Below the pieces are notes generated by a model that was not told where the DNA came from, did no database searches, and saw only the letters and a list, made by a program, of their open reading frames with translations. A stretch of 51,550 bases of DNA from a virus (Duplodnaviria; Caudoviricetes), in the IMG/VR virus record IMGVR_UViG_3300027798_000056, positions 1-51,550 of that record; one strand, written 5' to 3'. The position numbers were made by a program, and so were the translations under genes. This document shows, piece after piece, positions 1 to 8,247 of the stretch (its first letter is position 1; each line of letters opens with the position of its first letter).

Positions 1-30
1 TTCAATCTTCTTGGCGTGCTGCCCCGTAAC

Positions 31-105
31 TGGCTCCCAACATGGAATCGAACCACGGACAACTTGATTAACAGTCAAGTGCTCTACCGACTGAGCTATT
101 GAGGA
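31..105 (-). tRNA. tRNA-Asn(GTT)
   Basis: Reverse complement TCCTCAATAGCTCAGTCGGTAGAGCA-CTTGA CTGTTAA TCAAG...GGTTCGATTCC...GCCA; CCA encoded; acceptor stem imperfect. Confidence 0.9.
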
Positions 106-196
106 ATATTATTAGTGTGGGGTTTCCTTCACTGTCATCCCCCATCGGACTGTACTTTCGCACCCGTGAAGATAGATACCCACCGACAGTCTACTC

Positions 197-273
197 TGGT
201 GCCCCGTCTAGGACTTGAACCTAGAGAATCTGGTTTCTAAAACCAGCATGTTTACCAATTTCATCAACAGGGC
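197..273 (-). tRNA. tRNA-Leu(TAG), short variable arm
   Basis: Anticodon arm CTGGT TTTAGAA ACCAG, T-arm CTAGG TTCAAGT CCTAG, ACCA end. Confidence 0.88.
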
Positions 274-279
274 ATTATT

Positions 280-357
280 TGGTCTGTGTGAAAGGATTTG
301 AACCTCTGACCCCTCACTTCCAAGGCGAGAACTCTGACCAGACTGAGCTACACACAG
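280..357 (-). tRNA. tRNA-Pro(TGG)
   Basis: Anticodon arm CTCGC CTTGGAA GTGAG, GGTTCAAATCC, ACCA end. Confidence 0.93.
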
Positions 358-515
358 ACAGAACGCAAATATATCACAAAATTGGACGGGCTTCGCACCC
401 GATAGAACCCCTACCTAATAGCTTGGGTCTGAGCTTAATACTAAGTGCAAGCTCAGTATTAAAGATGGCGACTAGGTTCCCCCAATCCAACCTAACTGCT
501 GTCACAGTAGACTTA

Positions 516-616
516 ACCATCAAGTAAGGGGACTGGCTCCTTGCTACTAATAAACTTGTTATGGTACTACACACAACCGTTCCAGTTTTCACTGAGTAGT
601 CCCCTTACTTGATGGT
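516..616. repeat. Perfect 19-bp inverted repeat (516-534 / 598-616)
   Basis: ACCATCAAGTAAGGGGACT ... AGTCCCCTTACTTGATGGT. Confidence 0.9.
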
Positions 617-698
617 ACGAGTAATCGGAATCGAACCGATATGAGCAATGCTCGTCAGATTTTAAGTCTGGTGCGTCTACCTATTTCGCCATACTCGT
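613..698 (-). tRNA. tRNA-Leu(TAA)
   Basis: Anticodon loop CTTAAAA, long variable arm GAGC-ATT-GCTC, GGTTCGATTCC, ACCA end. Confidence 0.93.
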
Positions 699-700
699 AT

Positions 701-786
701 TGGTGGAGATGAATGGATTTGAACCACTGCGCTTTTTACAGAACGGATTTACAGTCCGTCGCCTTCAACCACTCGGCCACATCTCC
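701..786 (-). tRNA. tRNA-Tyr(GTA)
   Basis: ACGGA CTGTAAA TCCGT anticodon arm, long variable arm, ACCA end. Confidence 0.93.
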
Positions 787-849
787 ATAGACTGCTTACG
801 GCAGTCAATCGTCTGGTGTTATTACGGAGTTCCAAATAACCCGCACCGT

Positions 850-1002
850 CTATTCCGATGTGTCTTCTACATTATCTACCCAAAAGTAAGCAATCAAGCC
901 GATAACCAAAATTATTGCTGCATAGGGTGCTACAGCAATGATGGCTGCAGTAAGTGCAAGCACAGCAGCCATCACAAGTACAACGTACAGGGTGGCTTTC
1001 AT
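850..1002 (-). CDS. Small membrane protein (50 aa)
   Basis: Translated by hand: MKATLYVVLVMAAVLALTAAIIAVAPYAAIILVIGLIAYFWVDNVEDTSE; GAGG upstream; fills the gap after the preceding gene. Confidence 0.65.
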   Translation of the reverse strand: MKATLYVVLVMAAVLALTAAIIAVAPYAAIILVIGLIAYFWVDNVEDTSE

Positions 1003-1007
1003 GCCTC

Positions 1008-1469
1008 TTACTCAGGCTTCTTCAGACTACCGAAGAGTGGACGACGCACAGTGGTGGTAACTTCTGGTGCAGCTTCCTCTTTGGTTTCAACAGCAGCATC
1101 TTGCTGCTCACTTTTGTCAGCCACAGCAGGTGCTTGTGGCTCAACCACAAGTACTTCTTCAACCACAACAACAGCCACGGGAACAGCTTCAGGGCTTTCC
1201 TTGACCACAGTACGTGCAGGCACCTTGAGTGCAGCCATAGATGGGTTAGCTGGAACAACTGCAGCCAGAGGTGTTGCCATAGGGACAACAGTCTTAACTG
1301 GTGCAGCAGTACCAGACTTGATGATGTCCACAGTAGCTGTGAATCCATCAACGCCACGACCAGCACGCAGATCAATGCACAGTTCGGCACCGTCTTTGAC
1401 GTTCATCAGGTCATTGACATAGTTTTTGATTGCTTGTTCAAGCTCGGATTGGGGGAGAATTAGTTGCAT
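1008..1469 (-). CDS. Conserved N4-like hypothetical protein
   Basis: MQLILPQSELEQAI...LRAGRGVDGFTATVDI N-terminus with Ala/Glu/Pro-rich tail; synteny after RusA. Confidence 0.75.
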   Translation of the reverse strand: MQLILPQSELEQAIKNYVNDLMNVKDGAELCIDLRAGRGVDGFTATVDIIKSGTAAPVKTVVPMATPLAAVVPANPSMAALKVPARTVVKESPEAVPVAVVVVEEVLVVEPQAPAVADKSEQQDAAVETKEEAAPEVTTTVRRPLFGSLKKPE

Positions 1470-1477
1470 AGGATTTC

Positions 1478-1867
1478 CTAAGTTATAGGGTTGATGGTGA
1501 CTTCGACACGAGGGTTCTTACTGTCTACAGAACCAAACAAATACTGAACTCCAAGTACGTGCTGGTAGTTATCGTCTGCTATGTAACCTAGATTGACCAA
1601 GGCATCACTAAAGAATTTATCCACCACACTGCAGATGTTGGCTACATCACACAGTCTATGAGACTGGGGATACAACTCATAAGACAATGAGACTTGTTTC
1701 AGTGATGGTAAGTTCTTTAAGAGTGGAGCAATCTGCTCCTGAAAACTTATTTTTACTTTGTTCAATGTTTGGTAATGAGCATTACGATAAATGTTTAAAT
1801 TCAGTTGGAAGACTTTGGTCTTACTTTGCTTAACGGCTAGTGGCAGAGAGAATACCCACATAATCAT
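1478..1867 (-). CDS. rusA: RusA-like Holliday junction resolvase
   Basis: DVANICSVVDKFFSDAL..LGYIADDN resembles the RusA D-x-x-N...K...DAL...DD motif; start uncertain (1867 or 1861). Confidence 0.75.
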   Translation of the reverse strand: MIMWVFSLPLAVKQSKTKVFQLNLNIYRNAHYQTLNKVKISFQEQIAPLLKNLPSLKQVSLSYELYPQSHRLCDVANICSVVDKFFSDALVNLGYIADDNYQHVLGVQYLFGSVDSKNPRVEVTINPIT

Positions 1868-1925
1868 GTTCAGTTGTTGAGAATACGCAAGCATACCCCC
1901 AACAACTAACATTTATAGCAAGTAC

Positions 1926-2678
1926 TTAAGCTTTCTTACCGAACAAAGATTTCTTCGGTGCACCAGCAGCAGATGGAGCAGCACCCGGTGCAGGTGGTTT
2001 ACCTGACATAGCGGAATGTGCACCCTTCTTATTGCGACGATCACGGACTTTACCCACACCATTTTCATCAGTGTTGGCTTCGATCCATTTGTGATAGAAC
2101 ACACCAGTTTCCAGACCTTGTTCAGCTTCTGTGATGGTCAGCTTGGTTTCAGTGTGATAGAACTTTTGCAGTTCATTCTTTTCCACTTCTTCAGCCGTAT
2201 CAACGTAGTTGCCGTTGGCGTCTTTCTCTTGCTTGTTCACCAGTTGCTTTTCAATTGCAAAGGTGATTGGCTTGTCGAGCAGACCGACCAGCACAGGCAC
2301 AGCAGTAGGGACTTCTTTCTTTTGGTCGAAGTCATAGATATTGACGATTTTCTCTTCAACATCTTGGCTGGCCAGAGGTTCTTCAGTGGTCAACATGCAC
2401 AAGCTGTCAATCATGCTGAAGCCCATGAGGGGGAGCTTCTTACCGTCTTTGACGTAGAAGTTTTCACCCTTGCCATTGGTGATCAGGATTTGCTGACGGT
2501 ACTCACGGGAGCCGACAGCCAGAGTCAGGGCAATGAATTGAGCACCTGATTTGTAGGCACCAGCGTAGGCCATCTTGACACGGCCATCATAGACGCCAGT
2601 GTCCCAGAGGCCACCGCCGCCGATACGATCTTCAGGTTTTTCGAGGCCATCAGCAGAGAGGTTTTTAAAAAATGACAT
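1926..2678 (-). CDS. ssb: Single-stranded DNA-binding protein (N4 gp45-like)
   Basis: Position after the AAA gene; D(R)IGGGG N-terminus; basic KKSLFG C-terminal tail. Confidence 0.8.
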   Translation of the reverse strand: MSFFKNLSADGLEKPEDRIGGGGLWDTGVYDGRVKMAYAGAYKSGAQFIALTLAVGSREYRQQILITNGKGENFYVKDGKKLPLMGFSMIDSLCMLTTEEPLASQDVEEKIVNIYDFDQKKEVPTAVPVLVGLLDKPITFAIEKQLVNKQEKDANGNYVDTAEEVEKNELQKFYHTETKLTITEAEQGLETGVFYHKWIEANTDENGVGKVRDRRNKKGAHSAMSGKPPAPGAAPSAAGAPKKSLFGKKA

Positions 2679-2706
2679 GGTATTTTCTTTCTTGGTTCAG
2701 GGTTGG

Positions 2707-3453
2707 TTATTGGTCATCTGCGTAAAACTCATGCAATTTGTCAAGCACGAGTTGGCAGTCATTGTCGATATAGGTCTGTGCACGAGTGAACAAACCCATT
2801 GGGCCACGGATTCGTTCACCAACTGTTTTCTTGGTCAGTTGAGTTTGGAACACATGTTTGTAGCCTTGAATCTCATCATCAGGTGTGATGGGAAGCAAGT
2901 CATTGGTGTAGTCTTTTAAGTCCTTCAGGGGAAGGCGTTTGCAAGACACAATGCAGGAGAAGTAAGCTTCAATGCCAACTCCTTTCAGAGCACCCTTTAC
3001 AGGGATAAATGTTCGGGTGTCCAGTGTCTTTTCATCTGTCTCGTCTTTGACGTGAGCAGTGAAGATCACAGGTTTACCGAATTGAGGCACAAGCTCTTGC
3101 ATCAGAGTTTTGAAATACTGTTGGTAGTCACCCCATGCTTTCATTGTGTTGGCTGCTCTGAGCACATACTGTGACTCATACATTTCCATCAGGAAAGTCA
3201 GCGAGTCCACAATGATACCGTCAACATCATCACGATTATCAATCGCCTCCTGAAAATAGCTGTGTATTTCCATTGGGTCAGTGATTGTAATACGGTTGAA
3301 CTTGTTTTTAAATGGCAAGCGTTTACCGGATTCACAGTTGAGATAAACCCAACGATCCTGATTTTTAATGTTACGGAGACTAGCGCTTTTGCCAGTGGAT
3401 GAATAGCCCACTACTGCAATCAGTTGGTCATTGGGTGCGACTTCTTCTGTCAT
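2707..3453 (-). CDS. AAA/Sak4-like ATPase (N4 gp44-like)
   Basis: Walker A GYSSTGKS, Walker B IIVDS; ATG at 3453 with AGGA RBS. Confidence 0.85.
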   Translation of the reverse strand: MTEEVAPNDQLIAVVGYSSTGKSASLRNIKNQDRWVYLNCESGKRLPFKNKFNRITITDPMEIHSYFQEAIDNRDDVDGIIVDSLTFLMEMYESQYVLRAANTMKAWGDYQQYFKTLMQELVPQFGKPVIFTAHVKDETDEKTLDTRTFIPVKGALKGVGIEAYFSCIVSCKRLPLKDLKDYTNDLLPITPDDEIQGYKHVFQTQLTKKTVGERIRGPMGLFTRAQTYIDNDCQLVLDKLHEFYADDQ

Positions 3454-3512
3454 ATATTTCCTAAAGTTTAGAACCAAATAAAAGAATAACTTAATTCACT
3501 TGGTTCAATGGG

Positions 3513-5663
3513 TTATTTACCAGCGATTTTCTTGGCCACTGTTTGCATAATGGTTGATTCAATTTCTGATACAGGCAGGGCATTATTCAATTTCTTGTTG
3601 AATGCCAACACTTGTTTCTGCACTTCATAGAAGTCCATGCCACCATCAACCAGTGTCAAAGCAAACTTGACCATCTGATTATTACGATTGCCTGAAGCAA
3701 TACGTTGAGCAAACCAGCGTTCAAGGTTGTCCATAGACTCAACCTTCTTCATTTCATTTTTGAACTCTTCGTTCTTTGCAGTCTTGGGAATAAATCTCAG
3801 GACATCAAATAGATCGCCTTCAAGGTTGTAGTGATAGGTGCCCTTGTCATTGGATGCCCACTTGCGTGAGCGTTGATTCGCTTCCTCATCTGTTTGAAAA
3901 GGGAGCCATTCAACAATGGCATTCATGAAATCACGGTAGTCATCAGCATCCAGTTCCAAGTGATAGTTCATGGGGATGATCAGACGAAAGCGATTCTCTG
4001 CATCAGTGTGACGCTTGGTTGTATAGGTCATGAACTTGTATTCCTTAAGCAAGTCATGAACCAAACCAACAGGCGTACCTCCATCCACATCAATCACAAT
4101 CATGTTGAAACCAACAATGACATTCTCTTCAGCACGGTGTCCGTTCTTGAATGTGTGGTTGGTCCAGTGCAAGTCAGGCTCTTGAGTCAATGTATGCAGT
4201 TGATCAAAGGGTGCAACAACACCTTCATAGTGGTAAGCAAAGTGCTCACTGTAGGCCAAGTGCATTTCTGCAATGTTAGTTTCCTTCAGAGTTTCACCTT
4301 TGAAGAATTCAATACCATCCACATAGGTCTTCTTGACCAGAATGTGTTGCTTGTAGCCCCATGCTGTAGCCAAGCTGATCATTTCATTGCGTGCTGCACT
4401 ACCTGTCTTGTAGAAAGGCAATGCTTCATGCAAGTCAGCATGGGTTAAGTCTGTGCCTTCAGCAGCAATGTACTTGGCCAGCTTGACGTAAGTCTTTTCA
4501 CGGTTCAAGATGGTTTGAAAGGCTGTACCAGACTCTTCAATGAGCAGAATTGCCTGCTTCAAATTGACCAGTTCAAGCTTGTTGGAGCCATCAATGAATG
4601 CGTATGCACCAGCCAGCTTCAATGCTTTGAAGTAACGATGTGACAGTTCAGCTTTCTGGATTTCCTTGTGGTCAGCCAGAGCATCTGCAACTTTTTCACA
4701 GTTCATTTTGTAGCGAATCAGTTCGATTGCTACGTCATCTTCCACTTCGATTTCCCAACCAAAGCGAGCAGGGTCAGCCAGCGTATGAAAGCAGTTGGCC
4801 CACTTAGCCACGATGACAGAGTTCTGAGGCTGAATCAGCTTCTGGTAGCTCTCTTCAGGTGTTTGGGAATGGCTGGCCTTGCGGTCTTGGTTCCCGTAGC
4901 CAAAGATGCAGCGACGTGCATAACCTGTGTCCAACATGCTGTAGAAAGCATCTTCAGTAGCACCACCATCCAGTAGCTTGGCAGGGGTGCCAAACAACAG
5001 CATATTGGTAGGTGTCTTACCGTCAATCTCTTCGTCACGCTGGCTTTCAGGTGTGTTCTTGGTCAGCTTCTGCTTGACGATGCCTTGGTCATACAACTCA
5101 AGGTACAGCTTCAGCAGTTCATCTGAGCTTTCAAGATTGGAACCAATCTCGTCAACCTGCATATTGATGGAACCACAATTGGCCATCAACAGCTTGTTAC
5201 GCAGTTGCTTTACAGCAGGCGTAGTGCCAGAGTCGAATGTGAATGGGTAAGCACCAGCACGTTTGAATGCACTGGATACCTTGTCAAATTCCTCTTGAGG
5301 ATCAGTGCCATTACGGGCAGCTTTGTCATTGGCAATGTCCCACAGATTCTTTTCAGCCACTGTGGGGAAGGTGTCTTCCATGAAGCGTTTCTTGAAGCCA
5401 GCAAGGAATTCGTTCTCAAAGATGTGAACAGAATGGCCCTTACCAAAACCAGAAGTTGCCAGAGCCAACGCATAGATATTGACAGGAATCTCACCACGAT
5501 CTTTGGTCAGGATAGTGGCACGCATTGCTGCAGCCATCTTGCCAAAGAAGTAAGCTGCTTCAGTACGGAAAAATCCTTTGTCCGTATTCTGAGTTTTGGC
5601 ACAGAGTACCTCCACAATTTCTTCCATTGCTGGATGGTGTGAGACACCAGTCAAATCTATCAT
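3513..5663 (-). CDS. DNA primase (N4 gp43-like)
   Basis: P-loop SGFGKG; C-terminal AEP-like IDVDGG...YTTKRH...RFR and PriCT-like GNRNN; synteny. Confidence 0.82.
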   Translation of the reverse strand: MIDLTGVSHHPAMEEIVEVLCAKTQNTDKGFFRTEAAYFFGKMAAAMRATILTKDRGEIPVNIYALALATSGFGKGHSVHIFENEFLAGFKKRFMEDTFPTVAEKNLWDIANDKAARNGTDPQEEFDKVSSAFKRAGAYPFTFDSGTTPAVKQLRNKLLMANCGSINMQVDEIGSNLESSDELLKLYLELYDQGIVKQKLTKNTPESQRDEEIDGKTPTNMLLFGTPAKLLDGGATEDAFYSMLDTGYARRCIFGYGNQDRKASHSQTPEESYQKLIQPQNSVIVAKWANCFHTLADPARFGWEIEVEDDVAIELIRYKMNCEKVADALADHKEIQKAELSHRYFKALKLAGAYAFIDGSNKLELVNLKQAILLIEESGTAFQTILNREKTYVKLAKYIAAEGTDLTHADLHEALPFYKTGSAARNEMISLATAWGYKQHILVKKTYVDGIEFFKGETLKETNIAEMHLAYSEHFAYHYEGVVAPFDQLHTLTQEPDLHWTNHTFKNGHRAEENVIVGFNMIVIDVDGGTPVGLVHDLLKEYKFMTYTTKRHTDAENRFRLIIPMNYHLELDADDYRDFMNAIVEWLPFQTDEEANQRSRKWASNDKGTYHYNLEGDLFDVLRFIPKTAKNEEFKNEMKKVESMDNLERWFAQRIASGNRNNQMVKFALTLVDGGMDFYEVQKQVLAFNKKLNNALPVSEIESTIMQTVAKKIAGK

Positions 5664-5672
5664 TTTGTTTCC

Positions 5673-6644
5673 TTAAGGAGTGAGGTTGTAACGATCTTTT
5701 TGTTTGCACACCTCAAAAGCAGGGCAGTAGCCACAGCGTTTGGGTTCACCGGGAATGGTCTTGACAATGCCAACATTCTTGGTAGCACGGTGCAAATTGG
5801 CTTCGGCCAATGTGTCAAAGTTCTTTGTTGATTTGCCACTTGTTTTGGCAGGGTCAGCATAGTACTTGAATGCTGATTCGCTCATCCAGAGTTCTTCAGG
5901 GGTACATTCAGGAATGTCTTTCTCATCAGCCTTGCTGTACTTTTCCAGTAAGCCAAGCTTGTTTTCAACCCATTGTTGAATCAAACTTGGTTCAGTCAGC
6001 ACCAAGGTCTTGGACATGAGCCGTGATGGTGGATACTTCGGATTCTGGGCAGCAGATGACTTCATCCAGTCGGTGAAGATGTAATTGATGATGCCGTAAT
6101 CTTCAGTGATCTTGTCTTGATTCAGCCATTTGTAGATGCTCAACTGCAGACGATGGTCTTCATTGCGATTACCGTACATCCATGAGTAGGCAGATGTGGA
6201 TTTGTAATCTTGAATGATGCCATCGGCAACCAAGTCAAACTTACCACCCAGAGTCCATTTGCCCACGTCCTTCATGGTGCGTTGTTCTGTCCACAACACA
6301 ACAGGGTACTGAACCAAAGAAACCTGTTCAGGGGTTGGATTCACGAGAATCCGTCCAATCACATCTTTGGGATAACCAAGCAGCCGTAATGCCTTGGGCA
6401 TATTGGTGTTGATGGCCTTCTCAATTGAGTCATGCAAGGCAGTACCCATGCGAGAGGCAATCAGGTCTGACAAGTCAAACCCTTTGCTTTCAGCAGGTAC
6501 ACGTTGAGCCAAGACAATCTGTTTGATTGGCTTCATCAGCGTAGTCACACTAATGTAATTGGGGTTGTCGATGTAGTCATACTCATCGTTGAGCAACCAG
6601 ATAGCCATTGGCAAAGCAATGTCCTGCGTGTTGGTGATTTTCAT
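5673..6644 (-). CDS. PD-(D/E)XK exonuclease (N4 gp42-like)
   Basis: GTALH, GKFDLV...DYKST, QLSIY, C-terminal CGYC...C. Confidence 0.82.
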   Translation of the reverse strand: MKITNTQDIALPMAIWLLNDEYDYIDNPNYISVTTLMKPIKQIVLAQRVPAESKGFDLSDLIASRMGTALHDSIEKAINTNMPKALRLLGYPKDVIGRILVNPTPEQVSLVQYPVVLWTEQRTMKDVGKWTLGGKFDLVADGIIQDYKSTSAYSWMYGNRNEDHRLQLSIYKWLNQDKITEDYGIINYIFTDWMKSSAAQNPKYPPSRLMSKTLVLTEPSLIQQWVENKLGLLEKYSKADEKDIPECTPEELWMSESAFKYYADPAKTSGKSTKNFDTLAEANLHRATKNVGIVKTIPGEPKRCGYCPAFEVCKQKDRYNLTP

Positions 6645-6934
6645 GGAATGAATGCCCGTTGGTGTTGAAGTAATGAAGCACTGGCGTAGTGCACACGCTT
6701 TTCAGCGTCATACAAAGCAGTCTGTCCGGGTTTACCATTGCCCAAACGGGCAGCAGCAGTACGCCAGATGGCTTTGAATTCACACCCCTCATCAAACGTC
6801 ATACCCAAGGCACGAATAATGTCTTCACATTCTGCTTGGTATGGCGCTTGATTTTCACGTTGGGGGTGTGGCACCTGTACCAAGTAATAATTAACTTTGC
6901 TACCAGTTAATTTGGTTGGTTCAGGTGTTGGCAT
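6641..6934 (-). CDS. DUF3310-like hypothetical protein
   Basis: ECEDII.ALGMTF.EG..FKAIWR...K....YD.EK..HY pattern. Confidence 0.6.
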   Translation of the reverse strand: MPTPEPTKLTGSKVNYYLVQVPHPQRENQAPYQAECEDIIRALGMTFDEGCEFKAIWRTAAARLGNGKPGQTALYDAEKRVHYASASLLQHQRAFIP

Positions 6935-7254
6935 TATTGTGGTACTGCCAAAGTGAGGTTGTTGAATTCATTCTCAGATTGAAATCCGAGATAGACGATG
7001 TTCAGGATGATCACGTCAGCGATTTCAAGAGTGTTGTCTTCAGTCTTGACACGGAAATGGTGCTGCAGCACTTGTTGTGCTTGGTTCAAATCAGCAACAC
7101 CCAAGGTTTGAGCATCAGAAGTGATGACACCATTGAGGGTGATGATGCCCATTGGATTTTGGTCTTGATTTCCACTATCAACTTTGTACACCACGTTGCC
7201 AGCAACGAGGAAGTAATGTTTTTGAATCATGGATTCAGGGGTGGTTTTTGGCAT
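6934..7254 (-). CDS. Hypothetical protein (N4 gp40-like position)
   Basis: AAGGA RBS; stop/start coupling with the next gene; synteny. Confidence 0.65.
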   Translation of the reverse strand: MPKTTPESMIQKHYFLVAGNVVYKVDSGNQDQNPMGIITLNGVITSDAQTLGVADLNQAQQVLQHHFRVKTEDNTLEIADVIILNIVYLGFQSENEFNNLTLAVPQ

Positions 7255-7278
7255 GAAATTTCCTTACGGTAGGGACAG

Positions 7279-7300
7279 AAAAAGGAGCCGATTGGCTCCT
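7279..7300 (-). terminator. Rho-independent terminator
   Basis: Minus strand AGGAGCC-AATC-GGCTCC-TTTTT. Confidence 0.7.
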
Positions 7301-7321
7301 GTGGGGTAAGACGATAAACGT

Positions 7322-7450
7322 CTATTTTAGGGTGAATATGCTGGCGCAAACCATCACGAGTGCAGTCATTTTTTGATCGAAAGCAAACAATGCGATAGCA
7401 GCGGAACCAAGCAAAACAAAGAATACAGGGTTCTTCTTGATAAAGTTCAT
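7322..7450 (-). CDS. Small membrane protein (42 aa)
   Basis: MNFIKKNPVFFVLLGSAAIALFAFDQKMTALVMVCASIFTLK; start overlaps the polymerase stop (TGATG). Confidence 0.55.
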   Translation of the reverse strand: MNFIKKNPVFFVLLGSAAIALFAFDQKMTALVMVCASIFTLK

Positions 7451-8184
7451 CATGACATTGCCTTTGTAACGATGGAGACTATTTCATCTTCTGTGGCGTT
7501 GTTGGGAATGCCAATTTCATCCTTCCATGTCGGATAGAAAATAGACAGTTCACCTCCTAAACCAACAGTGGGATGGTAGATGTCTGGGTGGTCATTCCAG
7601 TTGACTTCACGCACCAGATGCTTGTTTAAAAACATCAGTGCATCTACGTCATCACGAATGAGGACATAACCAGCATCATGGATTTGTGCACAGGGCCGAA
7701 TGGCTGTGCTGTAGTCGCTGTCACGAACAATCTTCATGGTTGCTGCCCATGCACGAGAGTTCAGTAGACACCAACTTTGGCCAAGAGCATTACCAGCAGT
7801 ACGCCCTTCAGCTTCTGCTTCTCTTGGTGTTTGACGGTTGCCACGAATAACTTGGGCAAGTAATGGCGTGCGAACACGTAACCCAAATGCACCAGTAATG
7901 AAGCCATCTTTGGCTGCACCATCAAGTTTGTTTTGTACCCAAGCTGTACTTACGGTATAAAGCTTGAGATAACTGTTTTCAATTTGATGAGCAACAGCAG
8001 GAGTAAACCCACAGTTTTTCACCAGAGTTGACCAAGTACCTTGATAAGTTAATGCAAAAGTAGGTGCCTTGCTATTTTGACGATAAGGTTTGTATTTAAC
8101 CTCAACAGAATTAATACGTGACACATCATGTTGACTGACAGTTATTTGTTCAGGTTGAGTGAGGGGTTGATCAATGATTAGCAT
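7450..8184 (-). CDS. Family A DNA polymerase, C-terminal fragment (motifs B and C)
   Basis: RQNSKAPTFALTYQG (motif B), QIHDAGY (motif C); AAGGAG RBS before ATG at 8184. Confidence 0.9.
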   Translation of the reverse strand: MLIIDQPLTQPEQITVSQHDVSRINSVEVKYKPYRQNSKAPTFALTYQGTWSTLVKNCGFTPAVAHQIENSYLKLYTVSTAWVQNKLDGAAKDGFITGAFGLRVRTPLLAQVIRGNRQTPREAEAEGRTAGNALGQSWCLLNSRAWAATMKIVRDSDYSTAIRPCAQIHDAGYVLIRDDVDALMFLNKHLVREVNWNDHPDIYHPTVGLGGELSIFYPTWKDEIGIPNNATEDEIVSIVTKAMS

Positions 8185-8208
8185 TTGTCTCCTTGGTTCT
8201 GGAACCAA

Positions 8209-8235
8209 CAAAACAAAACCCGGAGTTAACCGGGT
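8209..8235 (-). terminator. Terminator-like hairpin after nrdJ
   Basis: Minus strand ACCCGG-TTAACT-CCGGGT-TTTGTTTT. Confidence 0.65.
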
Positions 8236-8247
8236 CTTGCTTCAGGT

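Noticed and set aside
106-196. Hammerhead ribozyme or ZTP riboswitch in the first tRNA spacer
   Set aside because: Only partial resemblance: GATGA...GAAA without the CUGAUGA core, and no downstream CGCCUGGGC pseudoknot element
279-1463. Plus-strand ORFs 279-527, 700-1422 and 954-1463
   Set aside because: Antisense to tRNAs and to the real minus-strand genes; no RBS or recognisable motifs
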